Of a DNA stretch of 64,000 nucleotides, positions 10,152-19,718 are shown piece after piece. This DNA comes from Bdellovibrionales bacterium. GTDB taxonomy: Bacteria; Bdellovibrionota; Bdellovibrionia; Bdellovibrionales; UBA1609. The translations under genes were made by a program, and so were the position numbers. The DNA lies in NCBI GenBank assembly GCA_041690295.1, contig JAWLHR010000001.1, forward strand, positions 64,001-128,000, in the 5' to 3' direction. Position 1 is the first letter of the stretch. Each line of letters begins with the position of its first letter. Below the pieces are notes generated by a model. The model saw only the letters and a list, made by a program, of their open reading frames with translations, searched no databases and was not told where the DNA came from.

Positions 10152-12904
10152 TTTGACTCCTTCGGCTTGGAATTGGCCATGGCCGGAATACGATTGATGT
10201 ACTTTTTGTAATCACCTTCCCAATCCGATTGTTCGAGCTTTTCGCGCCCGACCTTCCAAAGAAATTCATTGGGGCCGCCTTCGAGACGGCGCCAGACGTC
10301 GCCCGCGCCTTTGAGGTCGCCCCGATCAAAAAGAATTTGTCCAACCTTGTAGCGGACACTTGCGATCGGCATTTTTTGTTCGAAGCGCTCAAGCAGAGTC
10401 TGGTAGGCCTCGACCGCCGCCATGCTCTTCTTTTGCGCCAAAAGCGCGTCCCCTTTGACCTGAAGGGCGGCGGCCACCACTTTGTCCGCCACCGGCGTCT
10501 CACCGCCTTCGGCCTTCAACACTTTTTCCGCGAACTCCTCGGCTTTTTTGGGATCATTGGAGCGCATATAAGTTTGCGCGAGTTGTAAATGAACCGGCGC
10601 CAGGAGAGCCGGATCACCTTGCCATCGTTTCGCGAGTTCCAATAGGGCTTCCCGAGCCCGCGCGGGTTCATTTTTCTGTTCCGCGATGAGCGCGCTCAGT
10701 CGGACCCGCTCGATGTTCTCCTCGGGCGAAAGCTCCTTACCGTCACCCACTTCTTTGAGGTGCTGGAAGGCGTCCATGTATTTTCGTTCTTCAGCCAGCA
10801 CGGCGGCCAACCGCAGATTGATGCTTGAAATCGAGGGCAAATGCTCCTGCACCTTCTTTTCTTTTTCCGTATCCGTACCTTTGATCCGGATCCGCTGGTT
10901 CAGAGCGCCACGATAGATCTTTTCAGCTTCGTCGAACGCGCCCGCTTTTTCATAGGCGCCGGCCACGAAGTACGGCACATCGATCCGATCCGAATTTTTC
11001 AACCAAGTCGAGGAATATTGGGAGTGGAAGGTGAGAGCCCGCATGAACTCGCCGCTCTCCACCTCGGTCTTCAGTTGGTTGGCGATATTGCGCAAAATCC
11101 TCGATTTGAACTGCTCAAGATTCACCGAGCTGGGATTCTTTTGATAATGAGTGATCAATCCGGCCAGCGCGTCTTTGTATTGGCCCCGATGGGTGAGCCC
11201 TTCAGCCGTCATCAGCGTGGTGAACTCTTCAATGCCCTTCAAATTCAGGTTTTTTGCCGTTTGATTGATTTCCTCCAACGCTTTTTTAAGCTCGTTGGTT
11301 TTCATGGATTTCATCTGTTGGCTCAGCATCCGGATACGTGCCACTTTCGCCCCCGGATGATCGGGAAACCGGAAATAGCTCTCAAGAAACGCGCCCATGA
11401 CCCGGCGTTGATCCGCGCCCAAGATGCCCAGCAATTCCCCGACTCGGGTTAAGGCATAGCCTCCATGCGAATGCGTGGGGAAAAGATTGATGAAATCCAC
11501 GTAATCATTCAGCGCCGCCTTGAAGTCCTTTTGCCAAAAGCGCGCTTCGGCCATGTTAAAGTGCGCGTTGGGATAAATCTTCTCGTAAGCCGGAAGATCC
11601 TTGATCGCCTGCTCGTAGGTTTGAATCGCCTTGGCGTAATCACCACGGGCGAACTCCACATCACCCAAACGATAGCGGGCTTCCTTGGCATGGTCGGTGC
11701 GCGGAAAGTCTTTTATAATGGTTTGCAATTCCGCCGCCGCTTCATCGTATTTGCGCAAAGTCATATAGGACTCGCTCAACGCTTTTCGTACGTTGGGAAT
11801 TTCCGGCGATTGTGGATAAGCCTTCATAAAACCCTGGAGAGTTTGCAAGGTGGCGAGAGCTTCACCCCGCTCCATTTGCGCGAAACCCAATGTCAGATAG
11901 TTTTGCTCGCGAATCGGGCTGTCTGGATACTTTTGAACGAGTTCCGAGTAAAGTTTGCGGGCGATTTCAAAGTCCGACGATTTCTGGGATGAGCGCCAGC
12001 GCTGCAAATACACATGAGCCGCGATGTTCTTAAGAATGTCGGCGTACTTGGAATCCGGATATTTGTGCATGAAGTAATCGTAGGTTTTGGCGAAAACTCC
12101 GAAGCGGCCGCGATTATAAAGCGTCAACAGCAGTCGCGCTTCCTTGTTTTCCTTTGTTCCCGTCGGCTTGATCACATATTCCGGTTGCAGCTCCATCAAG
12201 TGATCCAGCCGGGAGACATTCATTTTCAGCATGGGAAAAGGCAAATAGATGTTATTTCTGGAACCGATTATGGACTCTTCCCGGATTTCGTAATCCTTGA
12301 TACGGAAGCGGTCATAGTTTTCATCACTGCCATCGAATATCCCGAAATAGAGCGATACGTTCCTCGGTTTCTGACTGGATGGCTCCACCGATAAGAATTC
12401 ATCTCCCGCGGGAGCCCGGCTCGGTTTCGGTGTGAGAGTGTACCCGTCACCTTTGGCTCCAGCGGCTGTTTTACCGGCCTTGGCTGGCTGGCGTTTCACA
12501 GGTTTGGCCGGCGCGGCGGTTTTTTCCGAACGGACTTCCGCCTTTCGGTAAAAATCGATGATTAAACGGGATGGTTCATCCGTTTGATAATCGAAGGATT
12601 CAATATCCGAGCGGGAAAGTTTGAATGTGACGATGTTCTTGCCGTCGGGACCGTTCTTCTTGATTTCAATATTTTCAACAAAGGGATCACTGAATGACTG
12701 CAAACGCGCGAGACTCGCGTCATCCATCGGCGGAATGGTCAATATCACCTTCGTGCCGCCTTCACGCTTGAGGTCGTAATCCCAGTTTTTCAGACCGCGG
12801 AACTCGACGTGAGCCGTGTCGGCCTTTCGCGACACTTCGGCCTGCACCAAAGGCTTGGAATATTGCGCGAATGCCAAGTTGACGAAAAGTATGAGTGAGA
12901 CCAT
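10148..12904 (-). CDS. Large exported tetratricopeptide-repeat protein, first gene of the flagellar operon
   Basis: Short signal-like N-terminus (MVSLILFVNLAFAQ), beta-rich N-domain, many TPR units ending YP.S/FP motifs; overlaps the next gene by 4 bp. Confidence 0.85.
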   Translation of the reverse strand: MVSLILFVNLAFAQYSKPLVQAEVSRKADTAHVEFRGLKNWDYDLKREGGTKVILTIPPMDDASLARLQSFSDPFVENIEIKKNGPDGKNIVTFKLSRSDIESFDYQTDEPSRLIIDFYRKAEVRSEKTAAPAKPVKRQPAKAGKTAAGAKGDGYTLTPKPSRAPAGDEFLSVEPSSQKPRNVSLYFGIFDGSDENYDRFRIKDYEIREESIIGSRNNIYLPFPMLKMNVSRLDHLMELQPEYVIKPTGTKENKEARLLLTLYNRGRFGVFAKTYDYFMHKYPDSKYADILKNIAAHVYLQRWRSSQKSSDFEIARKLYSELVQKYPDSPIREQNYLTLGFAQMERGEALATLQTLQGFMKAYPQSPEIPNVRKALSESYMTLRKYDEAAAELQTIIKDFPRTDHAKEARYRLGDVEFARGDYAKAIQTYEQAIKDLPAYEKIYPNAHFNMAEARFWQKDFKAALNDYVDFINLFPTHSHGGYALTRVGELLGILGADQRRVMGAFLESYFRFPDHPGAKVARIRMLSQQMKSMKTNELKKALEEINQTAKNLNLKGIEEFTTLMTAEGLTHRGQYKDALAGLITHYQKNPSSVNLEQFKSRILRNIANQLKTEVESGEFMRALTFHSQYSSTWLKNSDRIDVPYFVAGAYEKAGAFDEAEKIYRGALNQRIRIKGTDTEKEKKVQEHLPSISSINLRLAAVLAEERKYMDAFQHLKEVGDGKELSPEENIERVRLSALIAEQKNEPARAREALLELAKRWQGDPALLAPVHLQLAQTYMRSNDPKKAEEFAEKVLKAEGGETPVADKVVAAALQVKGDALLAQKKSMAAVEAYQTLLERFEQKMPIASVRYKVGQILFDRGDLKGAGDVWRRLEGGPNEFLWKVGREKLEQSDWEGDYKKYINRIPAMANSKPKESK

Positions 12905-12919
12905 CCCGATCGAGTGAGA

Positions 12920-12935
12920 AGCAGAAACGGTGCCA
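12920..12935 (-). promoter_or_regulatory. Sigma54 (-24/-12) promoter of the TPR-activator-flgBC-fli operon
   Basis: Minus strand reads TGGCAC-CGTTT-CTGCT (GG-N10-GC), 15 nt upstream of the ATG at 12904. Confidence 0.8.
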
Positions 12936-13098
12936 TATGAGTAAGCGTCGATTTTCCACGCATTTATTCACGTGTCCCCGACCATCGTCGAGAGGGATTT
13001 CGTCAGATTCTCCGAGTGGGGCAGACAATTCAATGACACGACCTTCAAGGGTCTTGTCCAAAATTCCGAAAGGATGTTAAGCCCAAGGGCCTAACCAG

Positions 13099-13599
13099 AT
13101 GCGCACGACAACACGTTTTTTCATCTTTGTTATCAGCTGGATTTTTTTCTTCGGCGGTTGCGTCACCGTGAAGCTCAATACCGGCGGCGGCGAACGAGCC
13201 AACGGCGTCGTGGTTCGTGAACCGAGGAAACCATTCACCTCCGCCGACCGGCCCGAGGTGGACGCGGCCTGGATTAATAAAAATAACGGTAATCTGATTT
13301 CCTATCTCACCGATTGCAATGATCCCAGTGATCCGCCGTTGAATCAAATAGTGGGCGGCGCTCTCAGTGGGCTGGCCGAATTGAAAGTGAACAGCGATGA
13401 GCGGGTCACCGTGCAAGGGCGCGAGGGACGGCGGGTTTACGCCACCGGAAAAGTCGACGGTGTGCTGAGTGAAATTGACCTGCTCGCCTTTAAACGCAAC
13501 CACTGCATTTACATCCTGACCTACCTGGGCGTTCAAAAGTCGTTCAACGAGGACCGCGACGCCTTCAACGCTTTCATATCGGGGTTCCGCGCGCCATGA
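13099..13599 (+). CDS. Lipoprotein of unknown function (PsbP/DUF1795-like appearance)
   Basis: Lipobox-like FFGGC; VTVQGREG...CIYILTY...FNAFISGF pattern; 4-bp overlap with mlaE. Confidence 0.7.
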   Translation: MRTTTRFFIFVISWIFFFGGCVTVKLNTGGGERANGVVVREPRKPFTSADRPEVDAAWINKNNGNLISYLTDCNDPSDPPLNQIVGGALSGLAELKVNSDERVTVQGREGRRVYATGKVDGVLSEIDLLAFKRNHCIYILTYLGVQKSFNEDRDAFNAFISGFRAP

Positions 13600-14363
13600 G
13601 AGCCTCGCATATCGCTTTTTTCAGTCATTTTGGCGGCGCCGCGATTCTGTTGAAACAGGTGGTGAGCGAAATTCGCCGTCCACCGCTGAATTTACGCTTG
13701 ATCGTGGAGCAACTTTATCAAGTTGGCGTGATGTCGTTACCCCTTGTGATCGTCACGGCCGCGAGCACGGGAATGGTGATGGCTTTGCAGTTCGGTCTCG
13801 GTCTGGAAAAATTCGGCGGAAAGCTCTACGTTCCCAAAATCGTTTCGCTGTCCATCGTGCGTGAGATGGGTCCGGTTTTCACCTGCCTGATGCTGGCCGC
13901 GCGAGTTGGCGCCGGCATGGCCTCGGAGATCGGATCGATGGTTGTTACCCAGCAAATCGACGCCATTCGCGCCTTGGGCACCTCACCGATTAAAAAAATC
14001 GTCATTCCCCGGGTGGTGGCTTGCGTGATCGGTATTCCCATCCTCGCCATGGTGGCGAACTTCATCGGCATTTTCGGCGCGCTCCTGGTCTGCGCCAACG
14101 ATCTTGGATTGGATCCGGTGTTCTTCGTGCAAAAGGTGCTCACCACTTTGTGGCTGCCTGATTTCATGTCGGGGTTCATGAAAACTCCGGTGTTCGCGCT
14201 GATTATCGCGGTTATGGCCTGCTATTTCGGACTCACCGTCAAAGGCGGAACGCGTGGCGTGGGCAATGCCACCACCGTCTCGGTTGTGACTTCATCGATC
14301 TGCGTGCTTGTGGGCGATTACTTTTTAACCAAATTCTACTGGATGTTCGAACAATGGATGTGA
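13596..14363 (+). CDS. mlaE: MlaE-family ABC permease
   Basis: REMGPV, GAGMASEIGSM..TQQIDAIRALG, GVGNATT. Confidence 0.92.
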   Translation: MRASHIAFFSHFGGAAILLKQVVSEIRRPPLNLRLIVEQLYQVGVMSLPLVIVTAASTGMVMALQFGLGLEKFGGKLYVPKIVSLSIVREMGPVFTCLMLAARVGAGMASEIGSMVVTQQIDAIRALGTSPIKKIVIPRVVACVIGIPILAMVANFIGIFGALLVCANDLGLDPVFFVQKVLTTLWLPDFMSGFMKTPVFALIIAVMACYFGLTVKGGTRGVGNATTVSVVTSSICVLVGDYFLTKFYWMFEQWM

Positions 14364-15091
14364 TCGAGGTTAAAAATTTCGCCAAAAGCTATAACGGTCG
14401 CGCCGTTCACAAGGACGTCTCGTTCATCGTCAAAAAGGGCGAGTGCCTTGGCCTTGTCGGCGGATCGGGTATAGGGAAATCAGTGATTCTTCGCAGTCTG
14501 ATCGGACTGGAACGCGCGGATCAGGGTGAAATATGGATTGAGGGCCAGGAGATTTCCCGCTGGAAAGAACGGGACCTGATTCCGATCCGCAAAAAGGTGG
14601 CTTACGTTTTTCAAAACGGCGCTCTTTTTGACTCCATGACCGTCTTTGACAATCTGGCCTACCCGCTTCGTGAACATACCGATTTCGATGAAGATGAAAT
14701 CGCCCGCCGCGTTCGCGATCAACTCGAGGAGTTCGGTCTGGATGCCGCCATCGACAAACTCCCCGCTGAACTCTCGGGCGGGATGCAAAAACGCCTGGGA
14801 CTCGCGCGCGCCATGATGATTGGCCCGAAGGTCATTTTATATGATGAGCCAACGGCTGGCCTCGATCCTTACAACACTTTGAAGATCCGCGAAATGGTGC
14901 TCGCATTAAAGAAAAAAGGCGTGACTTCGGTGTTCGTGACCCATGATATGCCGACGGCGATCGCCGTTTGCGACCGGTTCTGTCTTTTGGGCGACGGCCG
15001 GGTGGTTGATGAATGTTCCGTGGACGAACTTCAGGAGAACAGCGACACACCGCTGGCGCGTTTCATTCAAGGCGCGGGTAACGGAGGATAG
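14354..15091 (+). CDS. mlaF: MlaF-family ABC ATPase
   Basis: GGSGIGKS, FQNGALFDSMTV, LSGGMQKR, YDEPTAGLDP. Confidence 0.92.
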   Translation: MDVIEVKNFAKSYNGRAVHKDVSFIVKKGECLGLVGGSGIGKSVILRSLIGLERADQGEIWIEGQEISRWKERDLIPIRKKVAYVFQNGALFDSMTVFDNLAYPLREHTDFDEDEIARRVRDQLEEFGLDAAIDKLPAELSGGMQKRLGLARAMMIGPKVILYDEPTAGLDPYNTLKIREMVLALKKKGVTSVFVTHDMPTAIAVCDRFCLLGDGRVVDECSVDELQENSDTPLARFIQGAGNGG

Positions 15092-15880
15092 ATGGAAGTT
15101 TCACTGCGACATCAGATAAAAGTGGGCATCTTCGTGACCATCGGCCTGGTGATGTTCTGCGTGTCCATCATTTTGTTGGGCGGGGATCGTTTCTTTCTAA
15201 AGAAGACTTATGAGTTGAAAGTCCGCTTGCCTCAGGTTCAAGGATTGGCTCGCGGGAGCGTGGTCAGTTTGGCCGGTGTGCCCGTGGGCAATGTTCGCGA
15301 ACTGAATTTCGTGCAGGGCTCCACCGACATCGAAGTGACTTTCAACGTCGAGCATGCGGTTCATAATCGGATCACCGTGGGTTCACGCGCATCGGTGAAA
15401 ACTCAAGGTGCTTTGGGTGATAAATATATCTACATCGAGCCCGGTCCTCCCGATGCCCAACCGCTCGCACCCGGAAGCCTCGTGGACACGGATCAAACGC
15501 CCGACTTTCTGGATTTGATCGCCAGCAAAGGTCAGGAAATGGGCGAGATCATCGAAGTTATCAAGGAAGTGCGCAAACTCTTCGCCAGCATGAATCAGGA
15601 CGGCCGAAGCGGCAAATTGATGTCCAACCTCGTGCAATCCACGGAATCGTTGCACCAGTTTTTATCTGAGGGCCGGGAGACATTTCGCCTCTTGCGCACG
15701 CAAACGCTTGAGCCCATGGCCAATGTCATGAAGAAAATCGATAAAGGCCAAGGCACTTTGGGGGCGTTGATCAACGATCCCACTTTGCATTCCCGGCTGA
15801 CTAACTTCCTTGGCAAATCGCCGCGCAATCAGTTCTTAAAGCCGCTCATCCGGGATTCAATTCAGGCGAGTGAAAAGTAG
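15092..15880 (+). CDS. mlaD: MlaD/MCE-domain protein
   Basis: N-terminal TM, GL..GS.V..AGVPVG.V, GALGDKYIYIEPG, helical tail GTLGALIND. Confidence 0.9.
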   Translation: MEVSLRHQIKVGIFVTIGLVMFCVSIILLGGDRFFLKKTYELKVRLPQVQGLARGSVVSLAGVPVGNVRELNFVQGSTDIEVTFNVEHAVHNRITVGSRASVKTQGALGDKYIYIEPGPPDAQPLAPGSLVDTDQTPDFLDLIASKGQEMGEIIEVIKEVRKLFASMNQDGRSGKLMSNLVQSTESLHQFLSEGRETFRLLRTQTLEPMANVMKKIDKGQGTLGALINDPTLHSRLTNFLGKSPRNQFLKPLIRDSIQASEK

Positions 15881-17234
15881 CGGTAATAGCTGAAGCCAAG
15901 CCTTTGTTCCGCATCCATTCTACGAGTTCCGTCTTCGCCGTGCTCAGTTGCAGCGCGCGTTTTTGATCCCTTCGATCGTGACCCTTGCCGATAAACGCCG
16001 GGGGGATGGGGAAAAGCCCAAAATTAATGTTGGTGGGTTGAAAGTATTCGTTGTCTTCGGTGATCGCGTTCAAAAGCGAACCGAGCGCCGTCGCCCGCGG
16101 CGGCAACGAAATCTCACGGCCCGACACTTTGTCGTTGAGGAAGTGAGCCACAAGCAATCCAATACAGGTCGAATCGAAATAACCTTCCACACCCGTGATC
16201 TGACCGGCGAAGAACAACCATTCATCTTTCTTCGACGATAGGACCGGCGTCAGCTTCTTGGGAGTTTGTATATAAAGATTGCGATGGATGCTTCCCAGTT
16301 TCAAAAACTCCGCCTTTTCCAAACCGGGAATCATGCGGAAAACACGAACCTGTTCGCCGTAAGCCATCTTGGTTTGAAAGCCCACCATATTGTAGGCCGT
16401 GCCCTGTTTGTTGTCCTGCCGAAGTTGAACCACGGCGTACGCCGTTTTATTCGTCCACGGATGGCGTAAACCCTTTGGCGACAGTGGTCCGTAGCGCAGA
16501 GTCTGATCTCCACGCGCGACGATCTCTTCGATCGGCATGCAACCTTCAAAGAAGGGCGTGTCTTTTTCGAACTCCTTGGGCTCCACTTTGCGCGCGGTCT
16601 TAATCGCTTCGACCAGAGCCATGTATTGCTCTTTGTTCATTGGGCAATTGTAGTAATCGCGATTGCCCTTGCCGAATCGGTCGGCTTTGTAAGCCACGAA
16701 CTTATCGATGGTGTCCGCATCCACGATGGGCGCAATGGCATCAAAGAAGTAAAGAAACTCACCATCGAAATGCTCGCGCATGGACTGCGCCAGATCGTTA
16801 TCCGTCAGCGGTCCCGTGGCGATCACCGCCGGGCGCGGAATTTCATCAAGGTTGCGGATCACATCATGCCGGATTTCAATGCGTGGATGGTTCTCAATGG
16901 CTTCGGTGATGTATTGGGCGAAAACTTCACGATCCACGCCCAAGGCCATACCCGCCGGCACTTGCGCGTGTTTGGCCGCGCGAAGAATCAGGCTGCCCAA
17001 TTGCTCGGCTTCCCATTTCAGTTGTCCCGGCGCGGAGTAATCGGTGGTGCTCCCCAGGGAGTTAGAGCACACCAATTCGCCTAAACGATTGGTTTTGTGG
17101 GCTGGTGTGAAGTGACCGGACCGGCGCATTTCGTAAAGAACAACGTTATGGCCCATCTGCGCGAGTTGGTAGGCGCACTCGGACCCGGCGAGACCGCCGC
17201 CGACCACCGTGATTTGCCGTCGATCATTGATCAT
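15846..17234 (-). CDS. trmFO: Folate-dependent tRNA U54 methyltransferase TrmFO
   Basis: VVGGGLAGSE FAD-binding motif, ELVCSNS, FFDAIAP, FEGCMP, AGQITGVEGY. Start set at ATG 17234, which has AGGAG upstream. Confidence 0.95.
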   Translation of the reverse strand: MINDRRQITVVGGGLAGSECAYQLAQMGHNVVLYEMRRSGHFTPAHKTNRLGELVCSNSLGSTTDYSAPGQLKWEAEQLGSLILRAAKHAQVPAGMALGVDREVFAQYITEAIENHPRIEIRHDVIRNLDEIPRPAVIATGPLTDNDLAQSMREHFDGEFLYFFDAIAPIVDADTIDKFVAYKADRFGKGNRDYYNCPMNKEQYMALVEAIKTARKVEPKEFEKDTPFFEGCMPIEEIVARGDQTLRYGPLSPKGLRHPWTNKTAYAVVQLRQDNKQGTAYNMVGFQTKMAYGEQVRVFRMIPGLEKAEFLKLGSIHRNLYIQTPKKLTPVLSSKKDEWLFFAGQITGVEGYFDSTCIGLLVAHFLNDKVSGREISLPPRATALGSLLNAITEDNEYFQPTNINFGLFPIPPAFIGKGHDRRDQKRALQLSTAKTELVEWMRNKGLASAITATFHSPELNPG

Positions 17235-17249
17235 GCTACTCAACTCCTA

Positions 17250-17663
17250 ATGGCAAACGAAAAACCAAAACCACGTCCCAAACGGAACTCTGAATTACTG
17301 ACTGCGTCGAAAGTCCTACAGGGTCTTTTGGGTCATGGCAAGTCGCCTCTTTCCGATCAATTCCTCAGATGGAAAATATGGCGGTTTTGGCCGGAAATCG
17401 TTGGCACCACGTTGGGAAAATTCTGCGAACCCGTCGGCTTTGAACGCGGAAGATTGTACATCTGGGTGAAAAGTTCGGCGCGAATGCAGGAGATTTCATT
17501 CTTCGCCGACTCTTTGCTGGAAAAAGTAAACAGCTATGTGGGCCGTCGCTGGGCCCGCAGCATCCGTTTCACTCTCGACCGTCACGGTGTCCCCCACTCC
17601 GAAGAAATGTCTCCGGAGTTCAAAAAATTTCTCGAACCACCTAAAGACGAACCGCAACCTTGA
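17250..17663 (+). CDS. DciA/DUF721-family protein
   Basis: W..WPEIVG..L...C.P......RLYIWVKSSARMQEI.F....LLEKVN pattern. Start moved to ATG 17250 because the longer ORF overlaps trmFO. Confidence 0.8.
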   Translation: MANEKPKPRPKRNSELLTASKVLQGLLGHGKSPLSDQFLRWKIWRFWPEIVGTTLGKFCEPVGFERGRLYIWVKSSARMQEISFFADSLLEKVNSYVGRRWARSIRFTLDRHGVPHSEEMSPEFKKFLEPPKDEPQP

Positions 17664-17750
17664 GGCCGGCCGGTCGCCGCAGGTGCGAAGCCACCTGGGC
17701 GCGCAAAACAACATCGATGATCAACAACAAAGCTGAGCGCACACGTTCCA

Positions 17751-19712
17751 TCAATGACAAAGTTGAGTCGCGGCGGAAGCGATAAAGATTTCGTAATAAT
17801 CCGGCGGCGGAACGAATTCAGGACCGACAGCCATCGGTATGAAACCTTGAGGTGTGGCGAAGACGCGAACGCCAGGAGCGAACGGAAGTCTTAACCGAGC
17901 TGCCAAAGGCGCCGGAACGATAACTCCCGTACCCGTTCGGGTTTGCACGCTGAAAGTTCCCGGCTGACAAACCACCTGGCATGCGACCGGATAAAGATGC
18001 GGCACCGGTCGACGCGGAAAACATTGTCCCGGCGGACCGAAACGAATCGGAGCCGGTGGCTGACCGGGGGGCACATATCCATCTTGCGGCAACGACGGCC
18101 CCGGTTGCGGCGGCAACTGAGCCAATCGGGTTTTGGCCGGCGGCTTGATCGCGGGTCCGGGCGCGGCCACTTTAGGTGACTTTTTCATTTCCGGTTTCGG
18201 CTTGGTGACCTTCGGCTTTGGCACTTCAGCGTAATCCCGTTCTGTTTTCGGTTTAGTTTCAGGCGCTGAAACAGGCGGCTTTGTCACCGAAGGCGGAGTC
18301 GGTTTGGGCTGAGGCACGGGTTTCGCGTCCATGTTGATCGGCGGAACGATTTTATCTTCTTTCTCCGAGGGGGCCGGGGGCTGCGGCTTCACTTCAGGCG
18401 CGGCGGCCACTTCCTGCTTCGTCAAATCAGGCTTGCGCACCGGAAGAGGCGGGGGGATTTTCGGACTTTTTCCGACTTCCCTCAGCGCTCGTAAAATTTG
18501 ATCACGATCCTTTTCCACTCCGGTGGCCAGATGCAAAGTCGCCAAAGCAGTGGCGACCGCCGCCGAGTTCGAAGTTGAAAACGGCAAAGAGCCATCCTTC
18601 AACTTCACCATGGATTTAAAGCTCACATCCGGCTTGTAATGGGAGATCGAGCGGCTTGTTTTGTCGTCATCGGAAGCGCCAACCACGATCACTCGCGGAT
18701 TGTCCGCCGGAGGAAGCAAAGTCTCATCCGTGGTCGGATCCACCAAACTGATGCCGCCGCCGCTGGCGGTGATACGAAGCGTGTCGCGATTCGGAGAAAA
18801 ATTTTGCGACTTCACTTTCACCCGGATTTCAAACTTCCCCTTCGGCACTTTGGTTTCGATCAACTCGCGCGGAAAGAGCGAGGCCGTTTCACCGACCGAG
18901 GAATCCTTGACGCGAACTTGGGTCCGATCCGAAACGATCGTCTCCTTTTTTTTGCCGAAGGAGACGTATAAATCCAAATCTTTATCGGTTCCACCCTGCG
19001 GGTGATCGGTAAAGTCATTCCACGAGAGGACCACCCGAAGAATACAGTTTTTCTCCTTGGGCGGTGGTTTGCAATCGCCGGTCACACGGTCCACATCCTT
19101 GCCCTTCACCGTTTTGAACACCACCCACTCACCGTCGCTTCCGGTTCGCACAGGCTTCAAAACCGTCGTGCGGCCGAAATTACCGGCGGCATTGATCCAG
19201 ACAATTCCGGAATCCATCGCCTTGTCCACAAGCGCGTTGATAAAACCTTTTCCATCCCCATTGCCGCCGTACTCCCAAACTTGAGAATACAAAACGAGGT
19301 CCATTGAATTTTTTATGACCTCGTCGACCGCATGGGCGAATTTTGTATAGCCGTAACTGTTATAGAGATGCAGCTCGTAATCGATCGGCACTTTGCTTTC
19401 TTTAATAATTCGCGCAACCAGTTGCGCCATGAAAGTGCCATGGAATGAAGGCTGTTCAATGCGATCGGCCGCGCTTTCCGCTCCCCTGTAGTAATACGTT
19501 TTTTGCGGGAGCGTCCTGCCGATTTCCGCCTCATGTCCATTGAATCCATTATCAAGAATCGCGATCTTGACCGTACGGGTGCCTGTCTTCCCTTTGAACC
19601 GGGATAACTTCAGCTCCTTGAGAATAGGATCAAGCTTGTCGATTTCCGGGATAATAGAAGATGACGGCTGCGCTTGAGCCGTCATCAGGATCGAAAGAAT
19701 AAGCCACATCAC
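17751..19712 (-). CDS. Secreted S8 subtilisin-like serine peptidase with inserted beta-domain, Pro/Lys-rich linker and Cys-containing C-terminal domain
   Basis: Signal peptide; IAILDNG (Asp), HGTFMA (His), AAGN (oxyanion Asn), PA.NPRVIVVGAS...KPDV, and STSNSAA in place of GTSxA. Confidence 0.8.
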   Translation of the reverse strand: MMWLILSILMTAQAQPSSSIIPEIDKLDPILKELKLSRFKGKTGTRTVKIAILDNGFNGHEAEIGRTLPQKTYYYRGAESAADRIEQPSFHGTFMAQLVARIIKESKVPIDYELHLYNSYGYTKFAHAVDEVIKNSMDLVLYSQVWEYGGNGDGKGFINALVDKAMDSGIVWINAAGNFGRTTVLKPVRTGSDGEWVVFKTVKGKDVDRVTGDCKPPPKEKNCILRVVLSWNDFTDHPQGGTDKDLDLYVSFGKKKETIVSDRTQVRVKDSSVGETASLFPRELIETKVPKGKFEIRVKVKSQNFSPNRDTLRITASGGGISLVDPTTDETLLPPADNPRVIVVGASDDDKTSRSISHYKPDVSFKSMVKLKDGSLPFSTSNSAAVATALATLHLATGVEKDRDQILRALREVGKSPKIPPPLPVRKPDLTKQEVAAAPEVKPQPPAPSEKEDKIVPPINMDAKPVPQPKPTPPSVTKPPVSAPETKPKTERDYAEVPKPKVTKPKPEMKKSPKVAAPGPAIKPPAKTRLAQLPPQPGPSLPQDGYVPPGQPPAPIRFGPPGQCFPRRPVPHLYPVACQVVCQPGTFSVQTRTGTGVIVPAPLAARLRLPFAPGVRVFATPQGFIPMAVGPEFVPPPDYYEIFIASAATQLCH

Positions 19713-19718
19713 AGAAGA

